DNA from: Mobula hypostoma
Taxonomy: Eukaryota
Direction: 5' to 3'
DNA length: 64,000 nucleotides
Assembly (NCBI RefSeq): GCF_963921235.1
Contig: NC_086129.1
Coordinates: 22,754,001-22,818,000 of the forward strand
Translations under genes and position numbers: made by a program
Shown: positions 22,791-34,475 of the stretch, one piece after another
Layout of the letters: each line of letters begins with the position of its first letter
How positions within the stretch are numbered: position 1 is the first letter of the stretch
The notes under the pieces: model-generated
Told to the model about the DNA's origin: nothing
Databases searched by the model: none
Seen by the model: the letters and a program-made list of their open reading frames with translations, nothing else

Positions 22791-24696
22791 AGGAAGGGGA
22801 AAAAAGATTATGAGAGAAAACTGGCAGGGAACATAAAAACGGACTGTAAAAGCTTTTATAGATATGTAAAAAGGAAAAGACTGGTAAAGACAAATGTAGG
22901 TCCCCTGCAGACAGAAACAGGTGAATTGATTATGGGGAGCAAGGACATGGCAGACCAATTGAATAATTACTTTGGTTCTGTCTTCACTAAGGAGGACATA
23001 AATAATCTTCCAGAAATAGTAGGGGACAGAGGGTCCAGTGGGATGGAGGAACTGAGCAAAATACATGTTAGTAGGGAAGTGGTGTTAGGTAAATTGAAGG
23101 GATTGAAGGCAGATAAATCCCCAGAGCCAGATGGTCTGCATCCTAGAGTGCTTAAGGAAGTAGCCCAAGAAATAGTGGATGCATTAGTGATAATTTTTCA
23201 AAACTCGTTAGATTCTGGACTAGTTCCTGAGGATTGGAGGGTGGCTAATGTAACTCCACTTTTTAAAAAAGGAGGGAGAGAGAAACCGGGGAATTATAGA
23301 CCAGTTAGCCTAACGTCGGTGGTGGGGAAACTGCTGGAGTCAGTTATCAAGGATGTGATAACAGCACATTTGGAAAGCGGTGAAATGATCAGACAAAGTC
23401 AGCATGGATTTGTGAAAGGAAAATCATGTCTGACGAATCTCATAGAATTTTTTGAGGATGTAACTAGTAGAGTGGATAGGGGAGAACCAGTGGATGTGGT
23501 ATATTTGGATTTTCAAAAGGCTTTTGACAAGGTCCCACACAGGATATTAGTGTGCAAACTTAAAACATACAGTATTGGGGGTAAGGTATTGGTGTGGGTG
23601 GAGAATTGGTTAGCAGACAGGAAGCAAAGAGTGGGAATAAACGGGTCCTTTTCAGAATGGCAGGCGGTGACTAGTGGGGTACCGCAAGGCTCAGTGCTGG
23701 GACCCCAGTTGTTTACAATATATATTAATGACTTGGATGAGGGAATTAAATGCAGCATCTCCAAGTTTGCGGATGACACGAAGCTGGGTGGCAGTGTTAC
23801 CTGTGAGGAGGATGCTAAGAGGATGCAGGGTGACTTGGATAGGTTGGGTGAGTGGGCAAATTCATGGCAGATGCAATTTAATGTGGATAAATGTGAAGTT
23901 ATCCACTTTGGTGGCAAAAATAGGAAAACAGATTATTATCTGAATGGTGGCCGATTAGGAAAAGGGGAGGTGCAACGAGACCTGGGTGTCGTTATACACC
24001 AGTCATTGAAAGTGGGCATGCAGGTACAGCAGGTGGTGAAAAAGGTGAATGGTATGCTGGCATTTATAGCGAGAGGATTTGAGTACAGGAGCAGGGAGGT
24101 ACTACTGCAGTTGTACAAGGCCTTGGTGAGACCACACCTGGAGTATTGTGTGCAGTTTTGGTCCCCTAATCTAAGGAAAGACATCCTTGCCATAGAGGGA
24201 GTACAAAGAAGGTTCACCAGATTGAGATCTGGGATGGCAGGACTTTCATATGAAGAAAGACTAGATGAACTGGGCTTGTACTTGTTGGAATTTAGAAGAT
24301 TGAGGGGGGATCTGATTGAAACGTATAAAATCCTAAAGGGATTGGACAGGCTAGATGCAGGAAGATTGTTCCCGATGTTGGGGAAGTCCAGAACGAGGGG
24401 TCACAGTTTGAGGATAGAGGGGAAGCCTTTTAGGACCGAGATTAGGAAAAACTTCTTCACACAGAGAGTGGTGAATCTGTTGAATTCTCTGCCACAGGAA
24501 ACAGTTGAGGCCAGTTCATTGGCTATATTTAAGAGGGAGTTAGATATGGCCCTTGTGGCTACGGGGGTCAGGGGATATGGAGGGATGGCTGGGGTGGGGT
24601 TCTGAGTTGGACGATCAGCCATGATCATAATAAATGGCGGTGCAGACTCGAAGGGCCGAATGGCCTACTCCTGCACCTATTTTCTATGTTTCTATA
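22791..24696 (+). mobile_element. Young 5'-truncated CR1 LINE
   Basis: Open frame from 22791 to stop 24605, 3' UTR hairpin gaagggccgaatggcct and (TTTCTATG)n tail. Confidence 0.97.
22926..24605 (+). CDS. CR1 ORF2 C-terminal half (reverse transcriptase), uninterrupted; endonuclease missing
   Basis: 559 aa with NYRPVSLTS, QHGF..GKSCLTNL, YLDFQKAFDKV, GVPQGSVLGP, FADD, RDLGV. The frame continues upstream to the truncation point, so the start is not a true one. Confidence 0.9.
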   Translation: MIMGSKDMADQLNNYFGSVFTKEDINNLPEIVGDRGSSGMEELSKIHVSREVVLGKLKGLKADKSPEPDGLHPRVLKEVAQEIVDALVIIFQNSLDSGLVPEDWRVANVTPLFKKGGREKPGNYRPVSLTSVVGKLLESVIKDVITAHLESGEMIRQSQHGFVKGKSCLTNLIEFFEDVTSRVDRGEPVDVVYLDFQKAFDKVPHRILVCKLKTYSIGGKVLVWVENWLADRKQRVGINGSFSEWQAVTSGVPQGSVLGPQLFTIYINDLDEGIKCSISKFADDTKLGGSVTCEEDAKRMQGDLDRLGEWANSWQMQFNVDKCEVIHFGGKNRKTDYYLNGGRLGKGEVQRDLGVVIHQSLKVGMQVQQVVKKVNGMLAFIARGFEYRSREVLLQLYKALVRPHLEYCVQFWSPNLRKDILAIEGVQRRFTRLRSGMAGLSYEERLDELGLYLLEFRRLRGDLIETYKILKGLDRLDAGRLFPMLGKSRTRGHSLRIEGKPFRTEIRKNFFTQRVVNLLNSLPQETVEASSLAIFKRELDMALVATGVRGYGGMAGVGF

Positions 24697-25244
24697 TCTT
24701 TAATTCCATAGTGATGAGAGATTTATCTAGGAGAATCTTTATTTCATTAACAATCCATTATGTATTTCTGTGAAAACTTTGAACCATCAGAGAATCTGAT
24801 TCATTGACAAGGACTTTTTAATTCACTGGTTAGGAATCTTTGATTGGAGAAGAAAAAGAAATTCTTCTGGAGGAGTTTTGATTGACCAGTAACATTTGCT
24901 TCAATCATTGGTTTCTTTGATTTTTGTAAAGTCTTTAGTTCATTAGTAAGAATTGTTTCAAAACAATCAACCATTGTTTCATTGGTAAGGAATCTTTGAT
25001 TCCTTCAGTGTTACTTTGGTGCATTTTCTCTCTGGTAGTTTTCAATTATTGATAAATTTACCTTTTCCAGTAAAGGCTAACTACTATGCATACTGTTTAT
25101 TGAGGGCAGTTCATTGAGTCTGGCAACATTATAAGAGCTTGGGAAATACTACTTCTTTACATTATTATTTTTAATGCAGTTGTATTCAAAGAAATAGAGA
25201 AGCTTCCATTTCAGGTGCCCAGCGCCAGCACCCTTCACTCAGAA

Positions 25245-27025
25245 CAGGTAGAAAGTAGGAATAAAGGAAGATAACAAGAAGAAACCATTTGGCCCCTGGT
25301 GCATTATCCACTATTTAATCATATTATAGCTTATTTTATTTTACCACATTGATCCACAGTCTCACTTAATATTAAAGATCTATTGCATTGAAACAATATT
25401 AAGCATGTTTCCACAGACCTCCTAGGATTCCAGAAGGCGATGAATTCCAAAGATTCACTATCCTCTGGTTGAAGAAATTTCTTCTGGTCTAACTCCCAAA
25501 TATCCGTCTCTTATTTGAGTCTATGACCCTAATTCTAGACACTCCAACCAGGGGAAAGACCATCCTACCAACTAGCATGTAAAGCTTCATAAAAATTTTG
25601 TATGCTTCAACATTTCTCTGTTCTAAACTCCAGAGTAAAGGGTCTGATTACTTAATTTTTCCCTATAGCACAATCCTGCCATCCCATAATCTAATGAATC
25701 CTGTGTTGTAAACCTATCTTCATTAGGAAGTAAACCCAATCCTAAACTCAACAATCCGGGTGCGTCTCACCACTCCTCACCCCCATATCATTCTAGTATT
25801 TTGTCCTTCCTCTTGTATTCAAAATTTCTTCAAATAATACTCAAAACACTGCATTTTCCTAATCCTTGCTCTACTTGCACAATAACTTTCAAGGATTCAT
25901 GAGTGAGGACTTGCAATTCCTCATATCACTAATGTTTTTTCCATCTGTCACTAAACAGTAATGGCTCTGCCATTGCTATTAATTAGTGATATATTGTTGC
26001 AGTGTTCCTAATAATCAGGTTAACTGGTCTGTAAATTTCCACTTTCCATCCCTCACCTTTCTCAGAGTAAGGTTACATTTGCCGCCTTCTAATCTGTGGG
26101 AAATGTCCCAGAATGTAGAAATGTTTAATTGATGACAAGTACATCCATTAACTCACCTGCCACCTCCTCCAGAACCTTGAACTGTTCACCTTGACTTTTT
26201 TTCTAACTAATGCTGATTTCTTTTAACTCCTCATTCACTGTGCACTTGTTGTTCTCTGCTTCTTCTGAGAAGTTTCCTGAGTTTTCTTTTATGAAAACAG
26301 GCACAACATATTTCTTTAGTTTTTCTGCCACATTCTTATTCCCCAATATATAATCTCTTGTCTGTATGGGAACCACATTTGCCTTCATTTACCTTTAGAT
26401 ATCTCCAGAAGCATCCATCTACTCTCTGCTTTTATGTTACTCAATAGAAGGCTCCCATATTCAACTTTCTATTTCATTGACAGTTCCTTTGTTTTAATAG
26501 ACAATAGGTGCCGGAGTAGGCCATTCGGCCCTTCGAGTCAGCACCGCCATTCACTGTGATCATGGTTGATCATTCACTATCAGTATCCAGTTCCTGCCTT
26601 ATCCCCATAACCTTTGATTCCGCTATCTTTAAGAGCTCTATCCATCTCTTTTTTGAAAGCATCCAGAGACTTGGCCTCCACAGCCTTCTGGGGCAGAGCA
26701 TTCCATATATCCACCACTCTCTGGGTGAAAAAGTTTTTCCTCAACTCCATTCTAAATGGCCTACCCCTAATTCTTAAACTGTGGCCTCTGGTTCTGGACT
26801 CACCCATCAGCGGGAACATGCTTTCTGCCTCCAGCGTGTCCAATCCTTTAATAATCTTATATGTTTCAATAAGATCCCCTCTCAGCCTTCTAAATTCCAA
26901 ACTTAGGGTTACTGATCTTTTTGGCCACATTATAAGATTTTTCCTTTGATCGGTTTCAATCTTTAACTTCTGTTCTATACAGCTGAACCACTTCTCCAGT
27001 TGGATTTTGTACCTTAAAGATGTAC
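25245..27025 (-). mobile_element. Old CR1 fragment containing a younger CR1 3' end (26495-26900)
   Basis: Younger piece encodes LEFRRLRGDLIETYKIIKGLD...NFFTQRVV; flanks are decayed CR1 RT-region sequence. Confidence 0.8.
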
Positions 27026-27030
27026 ACATA

Positions 27031-27570
27031 CACTCTGGCCACTTTATTAGGTACACCTGTACACCTGCTCATTAATGCAAATATTTAATCTGCCAATCAC
27101 GTGGCAGCAACATAATGCATAAAAGCATACAGACATGGTCAAGAGGTTCAGTTGTTGTTCAGATCAAACATCAGAACTGGGATAGTTGGTACCATCAGAG
27201 AGTTTGAATATCTCAGAAGCTGCTTATCTCCTGGGTTTTTCATGCACGATAGAGAGGATTTACAAAGGATGGTGCAAAAAATAAACAAAGAAAACACATC
27301 CGGAAAGAAAACACATCCGGTGAGCAGCAGTTCCGTGGGCAAAAATGCCTTGTTAATGAGAGAGGTCAGAGGAGAAAGGCCAGACTGGTTCAAGCTTACA
27401 GGAAGGTGACAGTAACACAAATAACCATGTGTTAAACAGCAGAAGAGCATCTCTGAATGCACAATATGTCGAACCTTGAAGTGGTTGGACTACAGGTGCA
27501 GAAGACCCCAAACGTACACCCAGTGGCCACTTTACGTGCAGGAGGTACCTAATAAAGTGACCATTGAGTG
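27031..27570. mobile_element. Complete non-autonomous Tc1-type element
   Basis: TA|CACTCTGGCCACTTTATTAGGTAC ... GTACCTAATAAAGTGACCATTGAGTG|TA; extra internal TIR-like copy at ~27514. Confidence 0.9.
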
Positions 27571-28439
27571 TATATTGTAAATTACGTAAGTTAGCTGTGA
27601 TCATTTACTATTGTTTTTAATATGGTTTCCTCAACTACCATGGACAACTCATTTCTCACATCCCTGTTTAGATACAGAGTAAATCTCCTTCCACTGAGCC
27701 TCTTAGTTCTAGATACCTCTATGAGGAGAAACATCCTCTTGGTATTGACTCTGTAAAGTTCCATCAAAATCTTATGTCTCAATATGATCAACTCTCTTTC
27801 CTCTAAACTCCAATGAGCAAAGATTTAATTTGCCTGACCTTTCCTTTTGTCCTATCCCTTTACCACAGGAGTCAACCAAATTAACCTGCTATAAAATACC
27901 TCTTTGTAGCTATAATCCTCCTTTAGATAGAAAAAAAAATCAGTTTCCATTTATAAATAGCACCACTAATTGCTCTCCTCTTGGTTCTTTGATCCCCTCC
28001 ACCCATCTGGAAGAAATCTATTACTCTGCACTTGGTGTGTGCCAACTGGATTTACCACGTGACATCCCATTTCCAACTTAACAGAATCCATCTGAAAGGA
28101 ATCCTCATTGGTCCTTTGGATAATTCTCTTGAATAATTTCATGCCACAATTCCTTGTGCTTTCCCCTAGGTTTCCTTACAGGTTGTCCTGGTGATTAATT
28201 TTTAATTCTTGGATTTTTGCAGCCAAGTGCTGGAGAGTGTACTTAATATCAGCTCACTCTAGACTGAATCAAACTCAGGGTTTCTCCCTGGCATTGAAGT
28301 AGTGACAAATTCCATCATCCAGGGAGGTGGAGGTGGGATCAACTTCTAGTGAGGCAGCAGTCTGCAGTCAATGGCAAACAGAAACCATGCCCAAAACCAT
28401 TGTATTTTTACTAAAAAAAAACGGTATCCATCAATGATA

Positions 28440-28618
28440 AAAACAGAAAACGTTGGAAACACTCAGGCAGCATCTGAGGAAAGAGAAACGGTTAATACTT
28501 CAGTCAGAGACTCCAGACAAAATCACTTCTCTGAAACGTTAACTCTGTTTCTCTTTCCACAGGTGCTGCCTGACCCATTGAGCATTTTATGTTATATTTC
28601 AAATTTCTAGCATCTGCA
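28440..28618. mobile_element. Palindromic (head-to-head) Penelope pseudo-LTR remnant
   Basis: ggcagcatctgaggaaagagaaac..gttaa is inverted relative to ttaac..gtttctctttccacaggtgctgcc. Confidence 0.65.
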
Positions 28619-30199
28619 CTTGTTTGACTAACTCAATGCAATGAGAGAAGGATAATTACAGCATACATATTATGTGTACTAAATCAATCCCAGTATTGGC
28701 TGCAGGTGTGATTGACGGGGAATTACATCATCATTCCAGCTGGGAATAGGCCACTAATTATAGGCTGCAGCGCTGCCCTAAGATCTTGATGGTTTCGGGG
28801 AGTTAAAAGATTCACTGTGGAGAATGATTAGGTGCCAACTGATTAACTGTGGCAAAGTGCAGTGCCAGGGGGCTGCATCCAAAATGGAAAAGAACCACAT
28901 CAAGTTATTTTAATTAAAAATCTATTTTAACCCACCCTAGGCAGTTTTACAATAAAAGATTATTGTGCTATTTGACTTGCACAGTCTGGGCAGGAGGCCA
29001 ATCCAAATGAAGCCTCCACCATACGTCAGGGACCCATAATGTGCGTCTGGCAACGTTGTTATAGGATGGTCTTTTAAGTGTTGCTTTTGCCTTTCCATCT
29101 TTGGTGGTTTTTATGGGAAGGGCTTGTATAGATCTATGTTGCTGTTCTGCTCCTCACTTCCAGCTTGGCTCTCAAGAGTACTATCTCTACTGTTTCATTC
29201 CTGTAACCCCTCCCTCCACAAACCTCAGCACATCCCAGACTTCCATCCCACACCAAGATTTTTGCTTTAACTAAACACCCCTAGAAGGACGCAGTCCTGG
29301 GTGTAAGGAGGTGAGGTGCCATTGAAGAATCTTTCAACCACACTCTGTCACAGTCTTCCTCCAGTGATCCTGGACATGCACTGGAAGTCAGTGAGGTCCT
29401 CCTGGAAGTGTGGATAATGTCGCAACAATCTTACCACATCTGAGGTTGGCAGACTGAGGTGGATTAGGGAATGGTTTCCTATCAGTCCGACTGGCACAGG
29501 ATTGTGAACCACAACATCCTCTGTGGCTTCCCTTGGGATCAAGGTTGATTGACATTCACCTTGACTTCTGTGATTTCTGGGTTGGCTGGTGAGACCAATG
29601 ATGGAACAGCAGACTCTCACCAATTGGGCTGAGTGGTGGATGGACCATTCCTTCTGCTTACCTGGGGCCACTGTCAGCCAGATTCGTGGTTCTCACTGCC
29701 CTCCCCAATGCTCATTGTCCACTTTGAGTGGTCATGCACAGACTTTTCTGTCAGTCAGTAAGGATGTTGCATTTCTTCAACAAGGCTTTGCACACACCCT
29801 TGAATCTTTTCCTCTGCTAATCTCTCTCCATAACTGCGCTGGAAAAGAGCATTTTTTTCATGATTCTGAACAATATATGGATGTTCTTGGTCTTGGGAAA
29901 CTGACTGTGTTAGACCAAGCATGCTCATATCTTCTCTCACCTACACTGTGAGCAAGGAAGTGTGTGCATACATTTCTAATGCCACCAGCTTCAAGAATAT
30001 CAAATTCTCAAAGTAAGCAAGTTTAATTCAGTTGCAATCATTCACGTGGGGGATTTCTCATCAAGCCAATCTTGCATCTTCTTAACAGAGAAATCAAAAA
30101 TCTCTCTATAGTTGCCATTGATGGTGAACATCAGGGCAGCTGATAGGCGATGTACACCCCGTAGCTCCTGCAAACTGGGAGCTAATGGTTTCCTACCAG

Positions 30200-31188
30200 C
30201 AACACACATCAAAGTTATTGGTGAACACAGCAGGCCAGGCAGCATCTCTAGGAAGAGGTACAGTCGAAGTTTCGGGCGGAGACCCTTCGTCAGGACTAAC
30301 TGAAGGAAAAGTCAGTAAGAGATTTGAAAGTGTGAGGGGGAGGGGGAGGGGGAGATCCAAAATGATAGGAGAAGACAGGAGGGGGAGGGATGGAGCCAAG
30401 AGCTGGACAGGTGATTGGCAAAAGGGATATGAGAGGATCATGGGACAGGAGGCCTAGGGAGAAAGAAAAGGGGCAGGGGGGGAGACAAAAAAACCCAGAG
30501 GATGGGCAAGGGGTATAGTCAGAGGGACAGAGGGAGAAAAAAGAGAGAGAGAAGGAATGTGTGTATATAAATAAATAACAGATGGGGTACGAGGGGGAGG
30601 TGGGGCATTAGCAGAAGTTAGAGAAGTCAATGTTCATGCCATCAGGTTGGAGGCTACCCAGATGGAATATAAGGTGTTGTTCCTCCAACCTGAGTGTGGC
30701 TTCATCTTTACAGTAGAGGAGGCCATGGATAGGCATATCAGACTGGGAATGGGATGTGGAATTAAAATGTGTGGCCACTGGGAGAGCCTGCTTTCTCTGG
30801 CAGACACAGCGTAGATGTTCAGCAAAACGATCTCCCAGTCTGCGTCGGGTCTCGCCAATATATAAAAGGCCACATCGGGAGCACCGGACGCAGTATATCA
30901 CCCCAGCCAACTCACAGGTGAAGTGTCGCCTCACCTGGAAGGATTGTCTGGGGCCCTGAATGGTGGTAAGGGAGGAAGTGTAAGGGCATGTGTAGCACTT
31001 GTTCTGCTTACAAGTATAAGTGCCAGGAGGGAGATCAGTGGGGAGGGATGGGGAGACGAATGGACAAGGGAGTCGCGTAGGGAGCGATCCCTGTGGAAAG
31101 CGGGGGGGGGGAGGGAAAGATGTGGTGGTTGGATCCCGTTGGAGGTGGTGGAAGTTACGGAGAATAATATGTTGGACCCGGAGGCTAC
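30200..31188 (-). mobile_element. Penelope-like element (Neptune-like), 5'-truncated: Cys linker, GIY-YIG endonuclease and pseudo-LTR
   Basis: ORF 30608..30934 GVIYCVRCSRCGLLYIGETRRRLGDRFAEH...EQHLI...GMN; upstream CKQNKCYTC. TSD TGGTTTCCTACCAG (30186-30199, 31189-31202). Confidence 0.93.
30262..30297 (-). ncRNA. Minimal hammerhead motif, helix-III palindrome mutated
   Basis: rc = AGTC-CTGACGA-A-GGG(TCTCCG)CCC-GAAA-CT-TC-GACT. Confidence 0.7.
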
Positions 31189-32303
31189 TGGTTTCCTACC
31201 AGGTTTTGTCTGCAAAGCATCCGTTGTGTGGACTTTGAGTTCTTCCAAGCTGATCTTGCCTCATTAACCTCTGTTAATATTTTTAGGGCAGGTTAATGGA
31301 TATCATAGATCAGGCTTGATGATTAAGTGCCAGTTTCATATTAGAGTGAGCAGAACAAATCAGATGTAATGCCTCAGTTCACAGTTGTGTATATAGGGAA
31401 ATAAGATACTCCATTGGATGATGTATTTATTCCTGCTTACAGTATGATTGGGAATATTTTCAGGTGGAGGCTAAAATATTACTCGAACAAATGGGATTTT
31501 GGTGTGCTTGGCAGACAGGAAGATGTGAGTGTGTGCACATAAATCTCCTCCTAAGGCAGTTCCTTGGGATCAAAGATGATTTAGTGCCTCTCTGGTTTTA
31601 GTGTATTCTGAGGAAGCTGAACGTTCCAGTTCAGGAACCACTGTTAGGGGCAGGAAGTGGGTGGCTGGTTAGATAGTTTACTTCTGCCACTTACCTCATG
31701 GACCAAAGAAAAACAGAGGTAAAATGGCTTTGATTTTTTAACCTTTTCCAATGGCCACTTGACCCACATCAGGGCTCAGAACAGCTGTCTGTTTTGGGAA
31801 TCTGATGTGAAGCAGACGAACATCTTGCCCTACCCAATGGCTGAGTATAACTTGGGCATCTGTACTGGGGGTGTTGATCCAGGAGAGAACAGTAATGTTT
31901 GTTCACTTGCCCTTCCAGTGATAGCATTGGTGATGCTTGCTGTAGGTAGTCCAGCAGGGATCAATGCTGTTCACTGCCAGGTCTCAGATATTGATCTTAG
32001 CACTTTCCTTGAATCTAAATAAGGTTTTCCTGGTGCATTGCAAAGAGTGCAGGGGAGATTCACCAGGCTGTTGTCTGGATTGGAGGAATTGAGTTATGGG
32101 GAGAAGCTATGCTTGTTTTCACTGGAGCAATGGAGGTTGTTAGAAGTATGCAAGATTTGAGAGGCATAAATGGAGACAGAGGGTAGAGTCATTGAGTAAC
32201 ACCGCATGGAAATGGGTCTATGCCTCCCTGCTAGCCCCAATTGTCCTCATTCAGCTATGGTCTGTGGTTTATGATCACGATGTTTAGGAAGCAGTTAGAC
32301 CAA

Positions 32304-32855
32304 CCACGGCCTCCTCTACTGTCGAGATGAAGCCACACTCAGGTTGGAGGAACAACACCTTGTATTCCGTCTGGCTAGCCTCCAACCTGATGGCATGAAC
32401 ATTGACTTCTCAAACTTCCGCTAATGCCCCACCTCCCCCTCGTACCCCATCCGTTATTTATTTATATATACACATTCTTTTCCTCTCTCTCCTTTTTCTC
32501 CCTCTGTCTCTCTCACAAAACCCCTTGCCCATCCTCTGGGCTTTCTCCCCCCTCCCACTTTTCTTTCCCCCGAGGCCTCCTGTCCCATGATCCTCTCATA
32601 TCCCTTCTGCCAATCACCTGTCCAGCTCTTGGCTCCATCCCCCCCCCCTCCTGTCTTCTCCTATCATTTCGGAGCTCTCCCCCCCCCCTCACTTTCAAAA
32701 CTCTTACTAGCTCTTCCTTCAGTTAGTCCTGACAAAGGGTCTCGGCCCGAAACGTTGACTGTACCTCTTCCTAGAGATGCTGCCTGGCCTGCTGCGTTCA
32801 CCAGCAACTTTTATGTGTGTTGCCTGAAATTCCAGTATCTGCAGATTTCCTCGTG
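32304..32855 (+). mobile_element. Penelope-like 3' fragment with mutated hammerhead (32725-32760)
   Basis: HGLLYCRDEATLRLEEQHLVFRLASLQPDGMNIDFSNFR* followed by pseudo-LTR; core reads CTGACAA. Confidence 0.9.
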
Positions 32856-32869
32856 ATGGCGATATTTGA

Positions 32870-32938
32870 TTTTTTTTTTATGCCATGGACCAATACGATT
32901 AAGCAAGAGGTTTGAGGACCCCAGGTTGGGAACCCCTG
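32870..32938. mobile_element. Partial copy of the 80-bp hAT MITE
   Basis: tttttatgc.atg.ac...ggaccccag.ttgggaacccctg matches 7151-7214. Confidence 0.75.
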
Positions 32939-33019
32939 CCATAGATAGTGATGGTCAGAAAGTTAATTTCTATGCTGTACAACACTACATTCCTATGAAA
33001 TAGCTTATGATTAAATTAA

Positions 33020-33890
33020 TATTCAATATCTACCTTTGCCAAAAGGTGGTTTCTGAGATACAGTTCACATTTTCCAATGTTTCACCATAAGCCTTCATTG
33101 TCAGAAGGCAGTGTGGCATGGCAGGAGCAGGTTGTTAGAGGACCTTGGTCTTGCAGATGTTGAGTGCAGGGGCCATCCTGTACGAACATGCTGATGACTG
33201 CTTGGAGCTCTGCCCTAGAACTTCTGTAAATACAGATATCTGCATGTTTCTACTGAGATTTGTGAATCTTGGTTGTACATTGAACAAATTTCCTTTAGTT
33301 ATACCTGTAGGATGTTTGTTGGAGAGAGATGTAGCATTTCTGTGGGGAACATTGAAAAAAATGTTGAGGCAGTGAGGCAGACATTTTCACTGAGATTGTT
33401 TGTGCTATTGACTCGTCAAAGCTTGAATGTCATTATGCCAGCATAAGATGAGGATAAATTTCTGTCAGAATCAGAATGAAGGAGTTGTTCCATAGTCCCA
33501 CTTAACTGCTGGTGTCCAAGGCTTGAGAGAAGCTATGCGCAGTGGTTGGTGTGGCTCCCAGCATTTCTCTTGGAGTTGCCATCAGGTGAAGATGTTCACA
33601 GTATTTCTGCATGGACAATTTCCTCAGAATGGTTTGGGGAACAGCTCTTCACAAACTGTAGGGAGGACCCTGGTGATGACCTTGTTGTGGCAGAGGACAG
33701 GGAGAACTGCCTTCAATACTTTGGTTGGACCTGACTTCTCCCTTGAAGATTATGATTATAGCAACTGCTTGGCCCCCAGAATATCTTTGGGCTGATTAGG
33801 ATTGTGAATTTTTGATTGATGCTCTTCACTGCTAAGTTTTAAAGTTTCCTCCCAAGACCTTGTTATTTTCCAGTTGGGATATTGCTTCTT
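33020..33890 (-). mobile_element. Old RTE-clade LINE RT fragment
   Basis: rc yields GNLFN, AELQAVI, LNICKTKVL*QPAP, ETLENV. Confidence 0.6.
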
Positions 33891-34002
33891 GTTAGTTAGG
33901 AATGGCAACAAGGCTGTCTAGATAGGCGTGTGTGAGATGGAGTCGAGGACAAAGTGAAGGTTGAGAGGCCTTCAATAAGGCACTTCCATTGGATACACAC
34001 AT

Positions 34003-34475
34003 TGTAAGGGCGCTGGAGCAGGGATCCAATCGCAGACCCAGTACTGTGCACACAGTGATATTAATTGAGTAACAAATCCCGAGGTGCAAATAAAGTCAGC
34101 GTCAAAGTTCAGGCAGAGATCAAAGCATCCACAGAAATCCAAAAACCAGAATCAGTAAACAGACAGAGTACAGATACAAATGCTGGAAAAGCTCAGGAAA
34201 ACTCACTGGCACAATCTGGCAACAAACAGGTGAAACACAGGACTAAAATACACTGAGCAATAAACAGAGAGGCAGATGATAGGTGGAGCACAATGAGACA
34301 CAGGTGGCAGCAATACAGGTAATAATGAGAAACAGGTGAGAGACGGAGTACTCAGTAATACAGGGGCCGGAGTAGAGCAGGAGTGGGGACAGGAGCACAT
34401 GTCAATACAAAACCACAGACTGACAGCTAGGGGGAAAACACACAAAAAGACAGAGTTCAGCTGGAGGTACTGACA
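34003..34475. mobile_element. Solo LTR (Gypsy- or BEL-type)
   Basis: TGTAA...TGACA termini, 473 bp, perfect 5-bp TSD CACAT (33998-34002, 34476-34480). Confidence 0.85.

Larger units (their letters stand above)
18540..25010. repeat. Ancient 22-bp tandem array, consensus ~TGAGGAATCTTTGATTCATTGG, in three pieces (18540-19395, 21578-22790, 24697-25010)
   Basis: 22-nt register visible, e.g. tgagaaatatttgaatcattag/tgaagagtctttgctgatttac/tgaggtatcttggatctgttat/tcaggaattcctgtatcactag. Interrupted by Rex1 and CR1 insertions. Confidence 0.75.

Noticed and set aside
23513-24628. Antisense ORFs over CR1 (likewise over Rex1, Tc1 and PLE copies)
   Set aside because: Shadow frames of transposon coding sequence.
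18540-25010. CRISPR-like array
   Set aside because: Head-to-tail degenerate units without unique spacers, no cas genes, vertebrate context.
28861-28875. Identical 15-mer AGTGCCAGGGGGCTG also at 57587-57601, CTCF-like
   Set aside because: One or two 15-mer matches are expected by chance in 64 kb, and the fit to the CTCF motif is only partial.
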